Of a stretch of 7,554 nt of DNA, positions 6,691 through 7,554 are shown in pieces. The DNA comes from Octopus sinensis. Its lineage: Eukaryota. The notes under the pieces were generated by a model that was given only the letters and a program-made list of their open reading frames with translations, was not told where the DNA came from and made no database searches. Both the position numbers and the translations under genes were made by a program. The stretch covers positions 1-7,554 of the forward strand of contig NW_021828790.1 of NCBI RefSeq assembly GCF_006345805.1. The letters run 5' to 3'. Positions within the stretch are counted from its first letter, which is position 1, and every line of letters begins with the position of its first letter.

Positions 6691-7182
6691 ACAAAGTACT
6701 GCGAGGAGAAGAAAATGGTGGAGAAAGAAAACCCTATCACTCAGCATATATTGGTGTTTTTCATTGATAAATGCCATTTTACGAGCTTCATAATTTACAC
6801 AAAACCTTCGGCAATATAACAGAAATTGAATAAACCAAATCCTGCAATTTCAACCGTTTACGAGAATTGTCTCTTCCGTAGTTTTTTCCCCTATGGCATT
6901 CATTTCCTAAATGCCGTATATGGTCAAAAAATTCGGTGGAAGCTGCTGGAGCGACATTTCACTCTGCATAATTTATTTATTTATTTCAGTTTTTTTTTTA
7001 TTCATTTATTTGTAGGGAAAACTCTAGGGTTTAACCAGTCTGTGAACTTTTTCATAGCCAGCCTCTAAGTGTGTGAGCAACTAATAACAATCACTCACAC
7101 ACACTTACGTGTTCGTGTGTTTGTGTGTGTAAGTACACGGTTTGGTATGAATGCGTGTGTACATGTGTAGAGATAAATACTC

Positions 7183-7339
7183 GGACAGAGAAGCAAACAG
7201 ACAGATAGGCAGACAAACAGACAGACAAATAGACAGAGAGTTAGAGAGATATAACTATACATATATATACATATAGATCGATAGAGGAATAAATAGATAT
7301 GTAGGTAGGTAGGGAGGTACGTACGCACGTACGTAGTTT

Positions 7340-7385
<46 letters not shown>

Positions 7386-7392
7386 GAGATAG

Positions 7393-7448
<56 letters not shown>

Positions 7449-7452
7449 GGTC

Positions 7453-7514
<62 letters not shown>

Positions 7515-7554
7515 GTAGGAAGGTAGATAGATAGGTAGACAGACAGACAGATAA
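7183..7554. repeat. Compound tetranucleotide array: (GACA/AACA)n, (GTAG/GTAC)n and long (GATA)n (core 7340-7513), running off the window end
   Basis: Read directly. Confidence 0.95.

Noticed and set aside
7099-7136. GTAAGT donor-like motifs on both strands
   Set aside because: They are embedded in CA/GT microsatellite-derived sequence with no plausible upstream exon.

Overview
AT-rich eukaryotic (animal) genomic DNA, most likely intronic or intergenic. It is dominated by microsatellites and tRNA-derived SINEs. The SINE sequences resemble, from recollection only (not a database result), those of octopus/coleoid cephalopod genomes. No protein-coding gene, RNA gene, CRISPR array or prokaryotic system can be supported. 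Most ORFs in the track are translations of microsatellites or low-complexity tracts, and none resembles a protein I recognise. What can be supported: three copies of one SINE family (A: 1332-1864 minus, 3216-3606 plus, and a heavily decayed 3741-4040 minus), three copies or fragments of a second family (B: about 2952-3153, 5895-6010, 6009-6250, all plus), a 274-bp fold-back with roughly 106-bp inverted arms (4044-4317), a short direct duplication next to it, and many simple-repeat arrays. The stretch at about 960-1300 is the only weak coding candidate. I did not find a convincing new biological system. The best leads are the fold-back, the inverted SINE arrangement, and the modular or chimeric SINE structure.
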